Both the position numbers and the translations under genes were made by a program. The notes below the pieces were generated by a model, which searched no databases, was not told the DNA's origin, and was given only the letters and a program-made list of their open reading frames with translations. A stretch of DNA of 64,000 nucleotides from Candidatus Poribacteria bacterium (GTDB lineage Bacteria; Poribacteria; WGA-4E; WGA-3G). Shown in pieces: positions 18,695-28,418 of the stretch; within the stretch, counting starts at the first letter, position 1; each line of letters opens with the position of its first letter. The stretch spans positions 416,001 through 480,000 of the forward strand of contig CAXXUA010000013.1 of the NCBI GenBank assembly GCA_963663765.2, given 5' to 3'.

Positions 18695-19591
18695 TTAACT
18701 ACGGATTTGACGTTGACGAAAAAAACGGATTAACGGAATTACATAAGACTCATCTGTTTGTATTTGAATAAAATCAACTTTACTTGAACGAAACTCTTGC
18801 TGAAGATTAGCAGCTGTTTGCCTATTTCTTTCCGCATATAATTCTCTTGACTGTTCTAAACGTGTGTCTATGACTATTTTCTCACCTGTTTCAGAATCCT
18901 CTAATGCAACTAAACCAACATTAGGGAATTCTATCTCTCTGTGGTCCTTCAAAACAATAGCGATTAGTGAATGATGTTTAGACATGATACGAAGTCGCTT
19001 CTGAAATTCTGTATCCATAAAGTCCGATATCAGAAACACAACACTATGAGGTTTTAATACTTGGTCTGCAAACTTCAGTCCTATAGATATGTCTGTGCCA
19101 GAATTACTCGGTTGAAAACGGAGAATATCGCGTACTACCCGAAGTACATGTCTTTTGCCTTTACGAGGCTCAACATAGTGTTCGACTGTATCGGTAAAGC
19201 ATATTAGTCCAACTTTGTCATTGTTCTTTATTGCTGAAAATGCAAGTAATGCGGCAATTTCTGCTGCAATCTCAGATTTCTTTTCAGAAACGCTACCGAA
19301 CGCAGTGGAAGCACTCATGTCTACAAGCAACATCATCACCAATTCACGTTCCTCAACATACTTCTTGATATAAGCTTGTCCCATACGTGCGGTTACATTC
19401 CAATCAATTGTACGTATTTCATCTCCCGGTTGGTATTCCCGCACTTCATCAAATGTTATGCCTTGTCCCTTGAAAACACTCTCATATTCTCCTGCAAAAA
19501 CAGTGTTCACCAAGCGATTAGAAAATATATCTATCTGTCGTATCTTATCGAGTATTTCCGTTTCATCCATAAACTTATCCAATAAAAGCAA
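18695..19591 (-). CDS. DUF58 (MoxR-associated vWA-like) protein
   Basis: FDEVREYQPGDEIRTIDWNVTAR, VDMSAS, LISDF. Confidence 0.92.
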   Translation of the reverse strand: MLLLDKFMDETEILDKIRQIDIFSNRLVNTVFAGEYESVFKGQGITFDEVREYQPGDEIRTIDWNVTARMGQAYIKKYVEERELVMMLLVDMSASTAFGSVSEKKSEIAAEIAALLAFSAIKNNDKVGLICFTDTVEHYVEPRKGKRHVLRVVRDILRFQPSNSGTDISIGLKFADQVLKPHSVVFLISDFMDTEFQKRLRIMSKHHSLIAIVLKDHREIEFPNVGLVALEDSETGEKIVIDTRLEQSRELYAERNRQTAANLQQEFRSSKVDFIQIQTDESYVIPLIRFFRQRQIRS

Positions 19592-19712
19592 TCTATTATC
19601 CTGAATGAATTGTATAGAATAATACTATCAAAAAAACAGTGAGAAATCAACATCTTTATCACTGTAGGATATTTTTACATTACAATTGAATTTTAGAATA
19701 TAGTTGTATTAC

Positions 19713-19748
19713 CAAAAAAGGACATCCATCTCAAGATAGATGTCCTTA
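19713..19748 (-). terminator. Intrinsic terminator after the WD40 gene
   Basis: Minus strand AAGGACATC-loop-GATGTCCTT running into a T tract. Confidence 0.65.
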
Positions 19749-19770
19749 TCAATGTATATGTATTGATATA

Positions 19771-20820
19771 CTATTTCCGTTTTAACCCACCCCAAAGAAC
19801 AGAAACTTTATCCTTAGGGGTGACACTGAAACCCACATTTCCAAGAGGCGTAACATCAAAAACGATTGACTTGTTTTGGTTAGGAGCGACGACAAGTGTT
19901 GTTCCATCAGTACTGAATTGTAGACCATGAATTCTTCCAAAACCTACTTGCATATTTTCTATGATGTCTTTGGTTTCTAAATCCCATAAAAAAACCATTC
20001 CATCTTCTGTTCCCGATGCAAGTAAACGTCCATCTGGGTTGAGAGCAAAACATCTAACATCATTACTATTCTCTTGGTCGGGTAAAGTATCCAGTTTCTC
20101 TCCATTTTCCGCATCCCATAATTGAATTCCTTCAGGACCACCAGCAATTATTGTATGATCATACTTCGAGAATACAACTGCATAGACATTTTCCATACCT
20201 GTCTCCAGTGTATGTAAGAGTTCACCAGTTTCGGTATTCCAAACACGTACAAATCCATCATCTAAACTTCCACTGGCGAGTAGTGTGTCATCAGAACTGA
20301 AGGCTGAATCATCAACCTTTCCTGATTCTAAGCCATGAATACGGTCCCAAGTATCTGTATTCCAAAGCATGACAGTTTCTTGCCAACTCCAATCTGAACT
20401 TGCAAGGACACTGCCTTTACGGTTGAACTCAAGGTCTCTAACAACCCACTTATGTTCATTAATTGTTTTTATGGATTTATTGGTCATAAGATCCCATACC
20501 ATAATGGTGCCTTCTTGATCACCACTCACAAGGAACTTTTCATTTTTGCTGAATGCAACAGATTCAATTCCCTTAGCATGTCCTTCAAGCACATGTAATT
20601 CTTCTCCTGTGGTCGCATCCCAAAGCCTAATAGTTTTGTCTAAACTTGCAGTTGCGACAGTAGTTCCATCTGGACTAATATCAATAGAGTAAGCTGCCCA
20701 GTTATGTCCAATTAGCTCTGCACGTTGTTCCATTTGTGCTTCCGAAACCATTATAACAATAGTGAAAATCAATAGAATTATCGAAATGAAATACTGAAAT
20801 TTATACATTTTATTCTCCAT
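19771..20820 (-). CDS. Secreted 7-blade WD40 protein with C-terminal V.P..K....WG.LK motif
   Basis: Signal peptide, about 7 WD repeats, ends FSVTPKDKVSVLWGGLKRK. Confidence 0.9.
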   Translation of the reverse strand: MENKMYKFQYFISIILLIFTIVIMVSEAQMEQRAELIGHNWAAYSIDISPDGTTVATASLDKTIRLWDATTGEELHVLEGHAKGIESVAFSKNEKFLVSGDQEGTIMVWDLMTNKSIKTINEHKWVVRDLEFNRKGSVLASSDWSWQETVMLWNTDTWDRIHGLESGKVDDSAFSSDDTLLASGSLDDGFVRVWNTETGELLHTLETGMENVYAVVFSKYDHTIIAGGPEGIQLWDAENGEKLDTLPDQENSNDVRCFALNPDGRLLASGTEDGMVFLWDLETKDIIENMQVGFGRIHGLQFSTDGTTLVVAPNQNKSIVFDVTPLGNVGFSVTPKDKVSVLWGGLKRK

Positions 20821-21111
20821 GTGTGTTTTGTGTATATTTTAGTTGTGATTATTAACAACTGAATTTCTTGTTGTGTTTATTACATTGCTTTCTAATTACC
20901 AACTTTTACTTGTGCTCAATTAAAATCTATCATAATCTTCAAAAGCAATAGATATAACCAAATACATTGTTTATCACAATTCTCCTATTCAATAAAATTG
21001 AAATTTTATAAACATCTTTTATGTCTATATATCAATTTTACTATATATGACAATAATAGTCAAATATAAATCAGGTATTTTTGCTGTATTTAATAATACT
21101 TGCCTCATTAA

Positions 21112-21391
21112 CAATACCTTCGCCATTTTTGAGTGCTTCAGTTGAATGAGTATATAGTGTTGATCTACCATTGCTCTGTGATATTGTTAGGATTACATAA
21201 ATAAAAATAACTTCAGGTTTTCGTTGAAGTATTTTTAATTATCATAGCGTCTAATTTGACGATAGAATCTGACAGAATAATTTATATGCACAATCTGGAA
21301 GAATGTGCTACAACTACACGCACAATCTGGAAGAATGTGCTACAACTGACCACACAATCTGACAGAATGTCTATTATTGGCGAAGGTATTG
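21112..21391. mobile_element. CAATACCTTCGCCA-TIR MITE copy 2 (2 VNTR units + partial)
   Basis: Perfect 14-bp TIRs; 7-bp TSD TCATTAA; 280 bp long. Confidence 0.92.
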
Positions 21392-21839
21392 TCATTAAGG
21401 AATTCCACTGCTATCACTGGTTGGAGGTCCTCTCTTCGGTAGGAGCGACGATAAGGTCAAATCAATGGTATGAAACATGAGGCATGCCAAATGCTCATGT
21501 TTCTTTAGGCATTCCCCGCATACTAAATCTCTGCATCTGATGAGACATATTTATTAAAAATGTAATTAGTCTTAGGGATTTACTCCAGAATGGGTATTTT
21601 TGTTAGGTTATATGCTGAATCGTAGAAGCTGCAGAAAACACTGAGTACACAGAAAGTATCTGAAATAATCAAATATTCAATCTGCGAATTCCGTGAAAGC
21701 TGTACAATCTACGATTCAGTCATTCAAGAATACCTGACAACGCAGCGTGTGACACACTGCGTGAACATACTATGCATTGAACCCAATTGTTAAAGGTAGG
21801 CTGAATTGGATTCTTCCGTTTGAATTGAAAGGGTAATTA

Positions 21840-23786
21840 TCAATTCCTAAACTTTTTTATATTAGATGTAACAATAATCTGAGAAGACTTTGTCTTGTTG
21901 CTATTGGATGTTGCTTGTACTCTGATTTCATGTTCACCGACGATTTTAGGTACAGATAAGATAACTTCTGAAGAAGTACCAGGTTTAAGGGATACGGATG
22001 TCTGACTTAATGACACTTTGGTTTGACCTGAAGCATTCAACTTAATAGTATCGTTTACATTACCTGTATTCGTGATTGTTAGAATATATTTGACATCAGA
22101 ATTTTGTCTAATTATCTCATCAGATAAGTCTGCTACACCAGAAATTGTGACACCAAAAATGGATTCAGAAGTCTTAGTGACATGAGGTAAGTTCGCAATT
22201 TCATTTGCACTCAAGACCCGATTGTATAAACGAACTTCGTCTATTAAACCTCGCCATGAAGTGTGATTGTCTTGAGTCCCCTTACTAATTACTAATCTAT
22301 CTGCACCAGATAACACACCTTGTTTAGAGGTGCTATTAAATGTTGGTTTGTCAAACACACCATTGATATAGAGTGCTAATTTTTGCCCACTGTTCCATGT
22401 CAAAGCAATGTGTTGCCAATCAGTTGTCTGAACGTTGTTAGCACTTTCATAAGTTTGTACACCCTTTGTGGTGTTTATTGCTGCCTTTATAGTGTTGATT
22501 CCACCGTCTTTAGTTCCTTGTGGATTGTAACGTAGAGAGAAAGATTGGTCTTTCTTGTTGGAACTTTTAGTAGAAATCACTCCTCTGTTTGTGCCGATTT
22601 CATCAGCTTTTACCCAAAGTGCAATTGTAAATGCATCTAATCCGTTGATGAGTTCTGCTCCATTTTCTACAGTTGCACCATGTTTCCATGTTGTTGCTAA
22701 TGCACCCCCGATTTTACCGGTATTAGGATGCAAGTTAACACCCTCTTTCAGCTTTGCATGGTGTTTGTTTACAACTCTATTGAATACATAGGGTCCTTTT
22801 GCTTCATCAAGTGTCCAATATCCAATCAGTCCATCTTGTGCAGCAGACTCATTATAGGATACGTTCAGAGTCATATAAGGTTCAACCTGATCTAAAGATA
22901 ACCATTTTCCATAAGAAGCACCACCCTTGACGTCAGCGGTAACAACTTTTAATCTGTTATTTTTTATCGGTTCACCAAAGTTAGTGAATTTTGCAATTTC
23001 ATTCTCAGCGGATAATATCTCAGCACTATGCAGAATTGATGCACCGTGCATAAATCTCGCTATCTTGAGTTTGTCTGGATCAGTAATTTCAAAAAAGATA
23101 TGCTGATTATGCGGGGGATATGCAATAGAGGAAGGTAGCATTCTTATCTGTGCTTCATTATCTGTTGGTAATGAGTCTCTATCAGGGTTGAAGTAGCGGT
23201 TAACGTCCAACCAATAGGACGCACCAATGGACATTCCTTTTAACCCACCGACACCGTGTGGTAATCCAAAAGCATGTCCAAGTTCATGAACAGTAACACC
23301 GACACCACAGCAACCACCTGCAGCAGGGATTAGGATTTTTTTGCCTGGGTATGCCAAACCACACGCGCTACCCGGAAGAACTTTTTTGCCATGGTCAACA
23401 TAGACTAATCGGACGGTCTTATTAGCTTTGTATAGGTTCTTGTCAATTTCTTTAAAGGATCTTGCAGGATTTTTTTGGTAGACAGCAGTTTCTTGTTTGC
23501 CAATGACATGATGCACTACTGTTTTACCTTCTTTATCTATTTCCAATTGAAAGGTTTTTCTCTCAAAACCCTGTCTCTCCATTTCGTTAGCGTAGAATTG
23601 TTGTGATTTCTTTACAATAGTATCTAACTTCTCATCAATGTCAGGTTGAGGTTGGCGATCATTTGGGTAAAAATAAAAGACTTTAACAATATACTCAGTT
23701 TGCTGGGGGTTAACTTCTTGTGCTTTACTTGGTAGGGATATGATAAGAAAAGCAAGTATAATCACCGCAAAATATTTGAATTTCAT
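21840..23786 (-). CDS. Secreted zinc metallopeptidase + LamG-like jelly-roll + Ig-like domain protein
   Basis: HELGHAFGLPH (HExxHxxGxxH); LIGYWTLDE..FTIALWVK..WQHIALTW..GLIDEVRLYNRVLS; C-terminal ITNTGNVND. Confidence 0.85.
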   Translation of the reverse strand: MKFKYFAVIILAFLIISLPSKAQEVNPQQTEYIVKVFYFYPNDRQPQPDIDEKLDTIVKKSQQFYANEMERQGFERKTFQLEIDKEGKTVVHHVIGKQETAVYQKNPARSFKEIDKNLYKANKTVRLVYVDHGKKVLPGSACGLAYPGKKILIPAAGGCCGVGVTVHELGHAFGLPHGVGGLKGMSIGASYWLDVNRYFNPDRDSLPTDNEAQIRMLPSSIAYPPHNQHIFFEITDPDKLKIARFMHGASILHSAEILSAENEIAKFTNFGEPIKNNRLKVVTADVKGGASYGKWLSLDQVEPYMTLNVSYNESAAQDGLIGYWTLDEAKGPYVFNRVVNKHHAKLKEGVNLHPNTGKIGGALATTWKHGATVENGAELINGLDAFTIALWVKADEIGTNRGVISTKSSNKKDQSFSLRYNPQGTKDGGINTIKAAINTTKGVQTYESANNVQTTDWQHIALTWNSGQKLALYINGVFDKPTFNSTSKQGVLSGADRLVISKGTQDNHTSWRGLIDEVRLYNRVLSANEIANLPHVTKTSESIFGVTISGVADLSDEIIRQNSDVKYILTITNTGNVNDTIKLNASGQTKVSLSQTSVSLKPGTSSEVILSVPKIVGEHEIRVQATSNSNKTKSSQIIVTSNIKKFRN

Positions 23787-23974
23787 CTAAGTTCTCCTTA
23801 TATATGGTTGATTATGGAATTAATTTCACACTTGCACAGGTAGGAGCGACCGGGAGGTCGCTCCTACCGAATGAAAGAATAAAATACTTATATAGCAACC
23901 AATTTGGTAAATTGTAGAAATGTAGACTTATTTTCAAAATTCACCATGTATCTGGACTTATGTTAAGTACACAC

Positions 23975-24790
23975 CTATAATTGCCAAAGTTGCAAAGCAG
24001 TTTTTCCTAAAACCCATTCTCTATCTTCTGGTGTGAAGAATTCCATTTCATCACGTACTACAGATAATGTTTGTGAATAAGTTGCACGACTCAGACAAAC
24101 CGGCCAGTCTGTACCCCACATTATACGTTTCCCTCCGAAAGTATGATAAACTTTTTTTACCTGTTCATGTGTGTCTTTCCAAGGATAACTCATTTTAGAT
24201 ATTGACCATGTATGACTAATCTTGACATAGACACGAGGGAACTGCGCAAGGCTCAGAAGCAACTGCAGTTTTTCTGGTTCGTCTGTTGGACAGTCCGCCA
24301 TGTGGTCAATCACGACATCAAGGTTAGGGTGTTTTTCTAACAAAGGTACAAGGTCAAATAATCGTTCTGGTTTTGTCAGAATTAGCATTGGTACACCGAG
24401 TGACTCAGCGCGGTTAAATATAGCTGGCATCAAGGGACCTTTAAACCAATCACCATCAACCCCGACAGAAGGACTTAGTCGTACTCCATGAAATCCGCGT
24501 TCTTCTGTCCAATGACTGAGATGATCTGGTGCAGCTGGGTCTTCTGGATTTATCCTACACACCCCCATGAATTTGTCTGGGTATCTTTTCATGACATCAG
24601 CAGCATAACTATTGTCCCAAAGATAATGTATGACTTGTACTAACACAGTTTTTTCAACGCCGTTTGCATCCATTAATTCCAGTAACATTTCTGGAGTTGC
24701 ATCTTCTTTGGGAGCTCTACGTTCCTCTCGTCCCCAAGGGAATTTAGGGTCTTTTTTCCACACATGCACATGTGGGTCAATAATTCTCAT
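23975..24790 (-). CDS. Amidohydrolase_2 family protein
   Basis: IIDPHVH, VIDHMA, MWGTDWP. Confidence 0.92.
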   Translation of the reverse strand: MRIIDPHVHVWKKDPKFPWGREERRAPKEDATPEMLLELMDANGVEKTVLVQVIHYLWDNSYAADVMKRYPDKFMGVCRINPEDPAAPDHLSHWTEERGFHGVRLSPSVGVDGDWFKGPLMPAIFNRAESLGVPMLILTKPERLFDLVPLLEKHPNLDVVIDHMADCPTDEPEKLQLLLSLAQFPRVYVKISHTWSISKMSYPWKDTHEQVKKVYHTFGGKRIMWGTDWPVCLSRATYSQTLSVVRDEMEFFTPEDREWVLGKTALQLWQL

Positions 24791-25780
24791 TTATTGTTCC
24801 TTTGGTTTATGTATGAAACCGTATATGCCTAATGGCAAACAGTAAAGTAGAATAAGGAGATGTAAACTGAATCCAGTGGTAATGGCAACCTGTTTAGTTG
24901 TTCCAAAATAGGTCAAGAATAATGCAAACGGAAATTCAGTTGTACCAAAGTTACCAACAGTTTGAATTGGGAATAGATTGAATCCGTTAGTAAATGCAAG
25001 AGCAAATAGCACTTCTGTCAACGGTATTTCAATCCCCATTTCGGAGACGAGATAACATTGAAATCCGAAACGGATTAGCAAACATAACAGTGAATATAAC
25101 CAAACTTTCAAAAACTGAAAATCTAAACGAAAAGCAGTGATTTGGTTTAGGATCAAGTGTAATTTGTTGACAACCCAAGTGAGTGATTTTTTGTCCAAAC
25201 GGAGTATCGGATCAGTACATTTTGTAAATATGGTATTGCATAACTTTGGTTTGATGCAAACAAACAAAAATGCACAGACCAACCCTATTCCTACAAGCAT
25301 AGGTGATAGGAAGATGACTGACCAAGTGAACTTACTACTCAGTTTCGGTAATAATAGTGATGCAGATACAACCATCAGAACAATTAGTAGGACTAAATCA
25401 ATGATGCTTGCAACTATGAGTGATGCAATTCCATGTGTTGCATCTACCTTCTGTCTGCTTTGCATGAGATAGACATAAGAAATGTCACCTGTCCGCATGG
25501 GAAGGAAATTCCCCCAAAAAGTATGCAAAGCAAGAATTGGTAAAATCCTATGCAAACCAACATCTAAACGAAGTATAGATCGGAACCGTAAAGATTTAGT
25601 CATTACCAATAGACAATAGCATCCAAAACTTATTATTACTGCATATATTGGTATACTGCTAATTGTTTCAGGTATTTTTTTAAGATCAATTTCATCTAAA
25701 AGAAAAAAAGTGATGACAACCGCTAAAACGGTGGGTACTACGATTCTGGCAAATTTCGTCACCTGCTTTATTTCTAACAT
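24791..25780 (-). CDS. Flippase-like / lysylphosphatidylglycerol synthase TM domain protein
   Basis: Multi-TM; NFLPMRTGD and PIQTVGNFGTTE motifs. Start placed at MLEIK (25780). Confidence 0.8.
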   Translation of the reverse strand: MLEIKQVTKFARIVVPTVLAVVITFFLLDEIDLKKIPETISSIPIYAVIISFGCYCLLVMTKSLRFRSILRLDVGLHRILPILALHTFWGNFLPMRTGDISYVYLMQSRQKVDATHGIASLIVASIIDLVLLIVLMVVSASLLLPKLSSKFTWSVIFLSPMLVGIGLVCAFLFVCIKPKLCNTIFTKCTDPILRLDKKSLTWVVNKLHLILNQITAFRLDFQFLKVWLYSLLCLLIRFGFQCYLVSEMGIEIPLTEVLFALAFTNGFNLFPIQTVGNFGTTEFPFALFLTYFGTTKQVAITTGFSLHLLILLYCLPLGIYGFIHKPKEQ

Positions 25781-25952
25781 ATCCCTACCGTTTGTAGCAC
25801 AAAATGTTAGTTTGTGCATCTGTGGTACGAAAACTAACAGATGCTATACAAAGACTCCTAGGGAACTCACGTTATAATACTAAATCGTGTACAGCAATAT
25901 GACGGGGTGAAGAGACCCTATCATGATTTGATCGTTGGAAGTTGGTATGATT

Positions 25953-26690
25953 CTAAGAGATCCCATCCCAGTATTTCCACATGTCTTCAGGTGTTTCAAA
26001 CTTGATCTGGTCAAGGTCTTTCCTTCGGTATCTACCGATGAGTGCGATCCTGACGTTGCTGCCGCAATTTGGACCGGCAGTATGGCTCATCTGGTTGTGC
26101 CAGAAACAGACATCACCTGCTTCCCCAGTAAATTCATAAGCGGGACCCAAATCAAACGGTGCCGTACCGCCAGGAAGACTATCTAAGTCATGATGTTTGA
26201 AGTATTCTGCCCAGATAAGGTGACTACCTGGCCAGATAGTAAAACCACCCCCGTGTTTCTCAACAGTTTCAATATAAGTAGTTGCACCAAGGGTAAAAGA
26301 ACCTACGACCCCTTTCGGAACACCATTGGTTGGAGTATGGTATCCGTCCAGATGTCCTCTGGGTTCACGATATTCTCTATCGGGATCAGGGAAGTTGATA
26401 TGTGGACTTGCACCACCACCAGAATGTAGTTTTCCCTCACCGACCATTTCTTCTGCCATTTTGAAGACATTGTTGTCATATATCGTTCCACGGATTGCAG
26501 GATCACCCCCGATGGGTGCAGTTCGGTATCCTTTGCGAATCCATGAGTCAGGATCATTCCGGTCTTCGTCAATTGAATCCCAGACCTTATCCAATGCGTC
26601 ATCAATAGTATCTTGGTCAAGTGCGCCGCGCACCACCAAGTAACCGTTATCTTTGAAAAATTGCTTATCAGCATCTGTTAACAAAGGCAT
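25953..26690 (-). CDS. PhyH-like Fe(II)/2OG dioxygenase (canonical HxD)
   Basis: FFKDNGYLVV, GHLDGY, WPGSH, GDVCFWH..SH..R. RBS AGAGGA precedes ATG 26690. Confidence 0.88.
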   Translation of the reverse strand: MPLLTDADKQFFKDNGYLVVRGALDQDTIDDALDKVWDSIDEDRNDPDSWIRKGYRTAPIGGDPAIRGTIYDNNVFKMAEEMVGEGKLHSGGGASPHINFPDPDREYREPRGHLDGYHTPTNGVPKGVVGSFTLGATTYIETVEKHGGGFTIWPGSHLIWAEYFKHHDLDSLPGGTAPFDLGPAYEFTGEAGDVCFWHNQMSHTAGPNCGSNVRIALIGRYRRKDLDQIKFETPEDMWKYWDGIS

Positions 26691-26711
26691 AATTACATTC
26701 CTCTTTTTCAA

Positions 26712-27836
26712 TTAAACTTTGACTATAAAACCGTTCTCTTTAATAGCTTTTTGATAGGGTTCTTCATCTATCCTCAAACCAAAACCTGGAAGATTTGGGA
26801 TTTGCACGTATCCGTTAGAAATAGAATAACTGGAGTCATCAATTCCGGGTGTTGTTGCGTGATCCCATTCCACAAATTCAAATCTTTGTATTTCAGCAGC
26901 AAGGTGTCCGGTTACAAAATTACCGTAATAACCACCATAATGATGTGGTGCTGTGCCAACGTTTATTGCATCTAATTCGGGTCCCAACTCAAGCCATCTT
27001 GAGAAACCGGGATGGAAAATGTCGTATTGTACGATGTCAATGAATCCGTTCTTTGCCCAATTGATAAGATGTGGAGAGGCACCACCTTCACCATCAGCAA
27101 TTTTGGTTTTGATACCCTCTACGTTTAGCCATTCCTTTAATATACCGTAGACACGAGCATCTTCGTGGAATGCTTCTTCCATCCAATACACGTTTGCGTC
27201 TGCTGTGCCACTCAATACCTGTTTTGTAATGTTTAGATTATATCCGTTATTTGCGTCAATAAGTATTGTTGCATCAGTGCCGACTGCATCCCGTACAGCG
27301 TTGATGACATCAATGTCACGTTGTGTTCCCTTTTCAAGTGGCATGTGCATAGCACCACGTCCTACCTTGATCTTATATGCGTTGTGACCACGCGCTTTGC
27401 CTTCAAGTGCTTCAGTAGCGATGAGGACGGCAGCTTCTTCATTGTCCTCTATATGTAAGTCATCAATGTAGAGAGAGGTATCGTAGCATGGTGCTGTAAA
27501 TTCGCCATCTTCACCAGACAAAATTGCATATACAGGTTTTTGTTGCAGCTGACCGACTAAATCCCAAAGTGGATATTCCATGAAACGATATTCTTCATTA
27601 ACTCCATTTTCAGTATCAAACGCATCATTGAGATGAAAACCAACAATAGACTCTGCTCTGTCGCGGGAAATAGATGAAAACCCGATACCACATGCACCAT
27701 CGGAAGTTGTTAAACGTGCAATCGGAGGACGTACATGTAGTCCGTGTTCACCAAGGCGTGAGTTGCAGCCAGCTTTGCGAGGACGTTCACCTGTTAACCG
27801 TGCCCATTCAATACGTTCTATTATTACATTTTCCAA
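26712..27836 (-). CDS. Mandelate racemase / enolase superfamily protein
   Basis: YKIKVG, IDANNGY, WMEEAF, ADGE, PGFGL. Confidence 0.9.
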   Translation of the reverse strand: MENVIIERIEWARLTGERPRKAGCNSRLGEHGLHVRPPIARLTTSDGACGIGFSSISRDRAESIVGFHLNDAFDTENGVNEEYRFMEYPLWDLVGQLQQKPVYAILSGEDGEFTAPCYDTSLYIDDLHIEDNEEAAVLIATEALEGKARGHNAYKIKVGRGAMHMPLEKGTQRDIDVINAVRDAVGTDATILIDANNGYNLNITKQVLSGTADANVYWMEEAFHEDARVYGILKEWLNVEGIKTKIADGEGGASPHLINWAKNGFIDIVQYDIFHPGFSRWLELGPELDAINVGTAPHHYGGYYGNFVTGHLAAEIQRFEFVEWDHATTPGIDDSSYSISNGYVQIPNLPGFGLRIDEEPYQKAIKENGFIVKV

Positions 27837-27881
27837 ATTCGATCTCCTTCAAGAAATCCAGTCCTTATAGTTTATATTGAT

Positions 27882-28391
27882 TTATAATTGCGTTTGCAGT
27901 AAGGCATAACTTTTTGGATCTAATTTACTGTAGTTCTCAATTTCATATCGGTTACCATCAACATCTTTGATCAGTACACGATTATTCTCAAGTGAAACAA
28001 TATCGTATCTTGATCGCATGCCAAACTCTACATCACCCTGCGTTGTCTCTACATCCCACTGAGTAATTCCGAAATGACCATCAATTGAGTTGATTTTTGT
28101 GATTTTCGGCATAAAGTAACGCTTTTGTAGTTCTTCTAAAAGCACATCACGTGATTGAGGTATAAGTTTTCGGACATCTTCAACAATACCGATTTCATCT
28201 CCTTCGCTATCGACCAAGGATATATATCGCACCGGTTCTTTTATAGGAAAACTTCGTATAACATCAACCTTTGTGTGTGTTGTTCCATCCGAAAGTTGGA
28301 CAACAAGCTCTTCAAATGCGTTACGAGTGATACTGACTTCATTTGGGTTAAGGAATACTAATTCGTCAGTCACCTTAATTGGTTCATACAT
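27882..28391 (-). CDS. DUF1854 domain protein
   Basis: RSFP..YISL..GDEIG..EELQKRYFMPKI..WDVET.G..DVDGNRY; directly downstream of an ABC exporter, as is usual for this family. Confidence 0.85.
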   Translation of the reverse strand: MYEPIKVTDELVFLNPNEVSITRNAFEELVVQLSDGTTHTKVDVIRSFPIKEPVRYISLVDSEGDEIGIVEDVRKLIPQSRDVLLEELQKRYFMPKITKINSIDGHFGITQWDVETTQGDVEFGMRSRYDIVSLENNRVLIKDVDGNRYEIENYSKLDPKSYALLQTQL

Positions 28392-28418
28392 TTCTTTTAT
28401 TTGTCTAACCTTATGTTT

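Noticed and set aside
17490-19591. Orphan ABC ATPase and DUF58 gene as a novel module
   Set aside because: They are separated by a MITE, and their partners (permease, MoxR) are probably elsewhere in the genome; nothing links them functionally.
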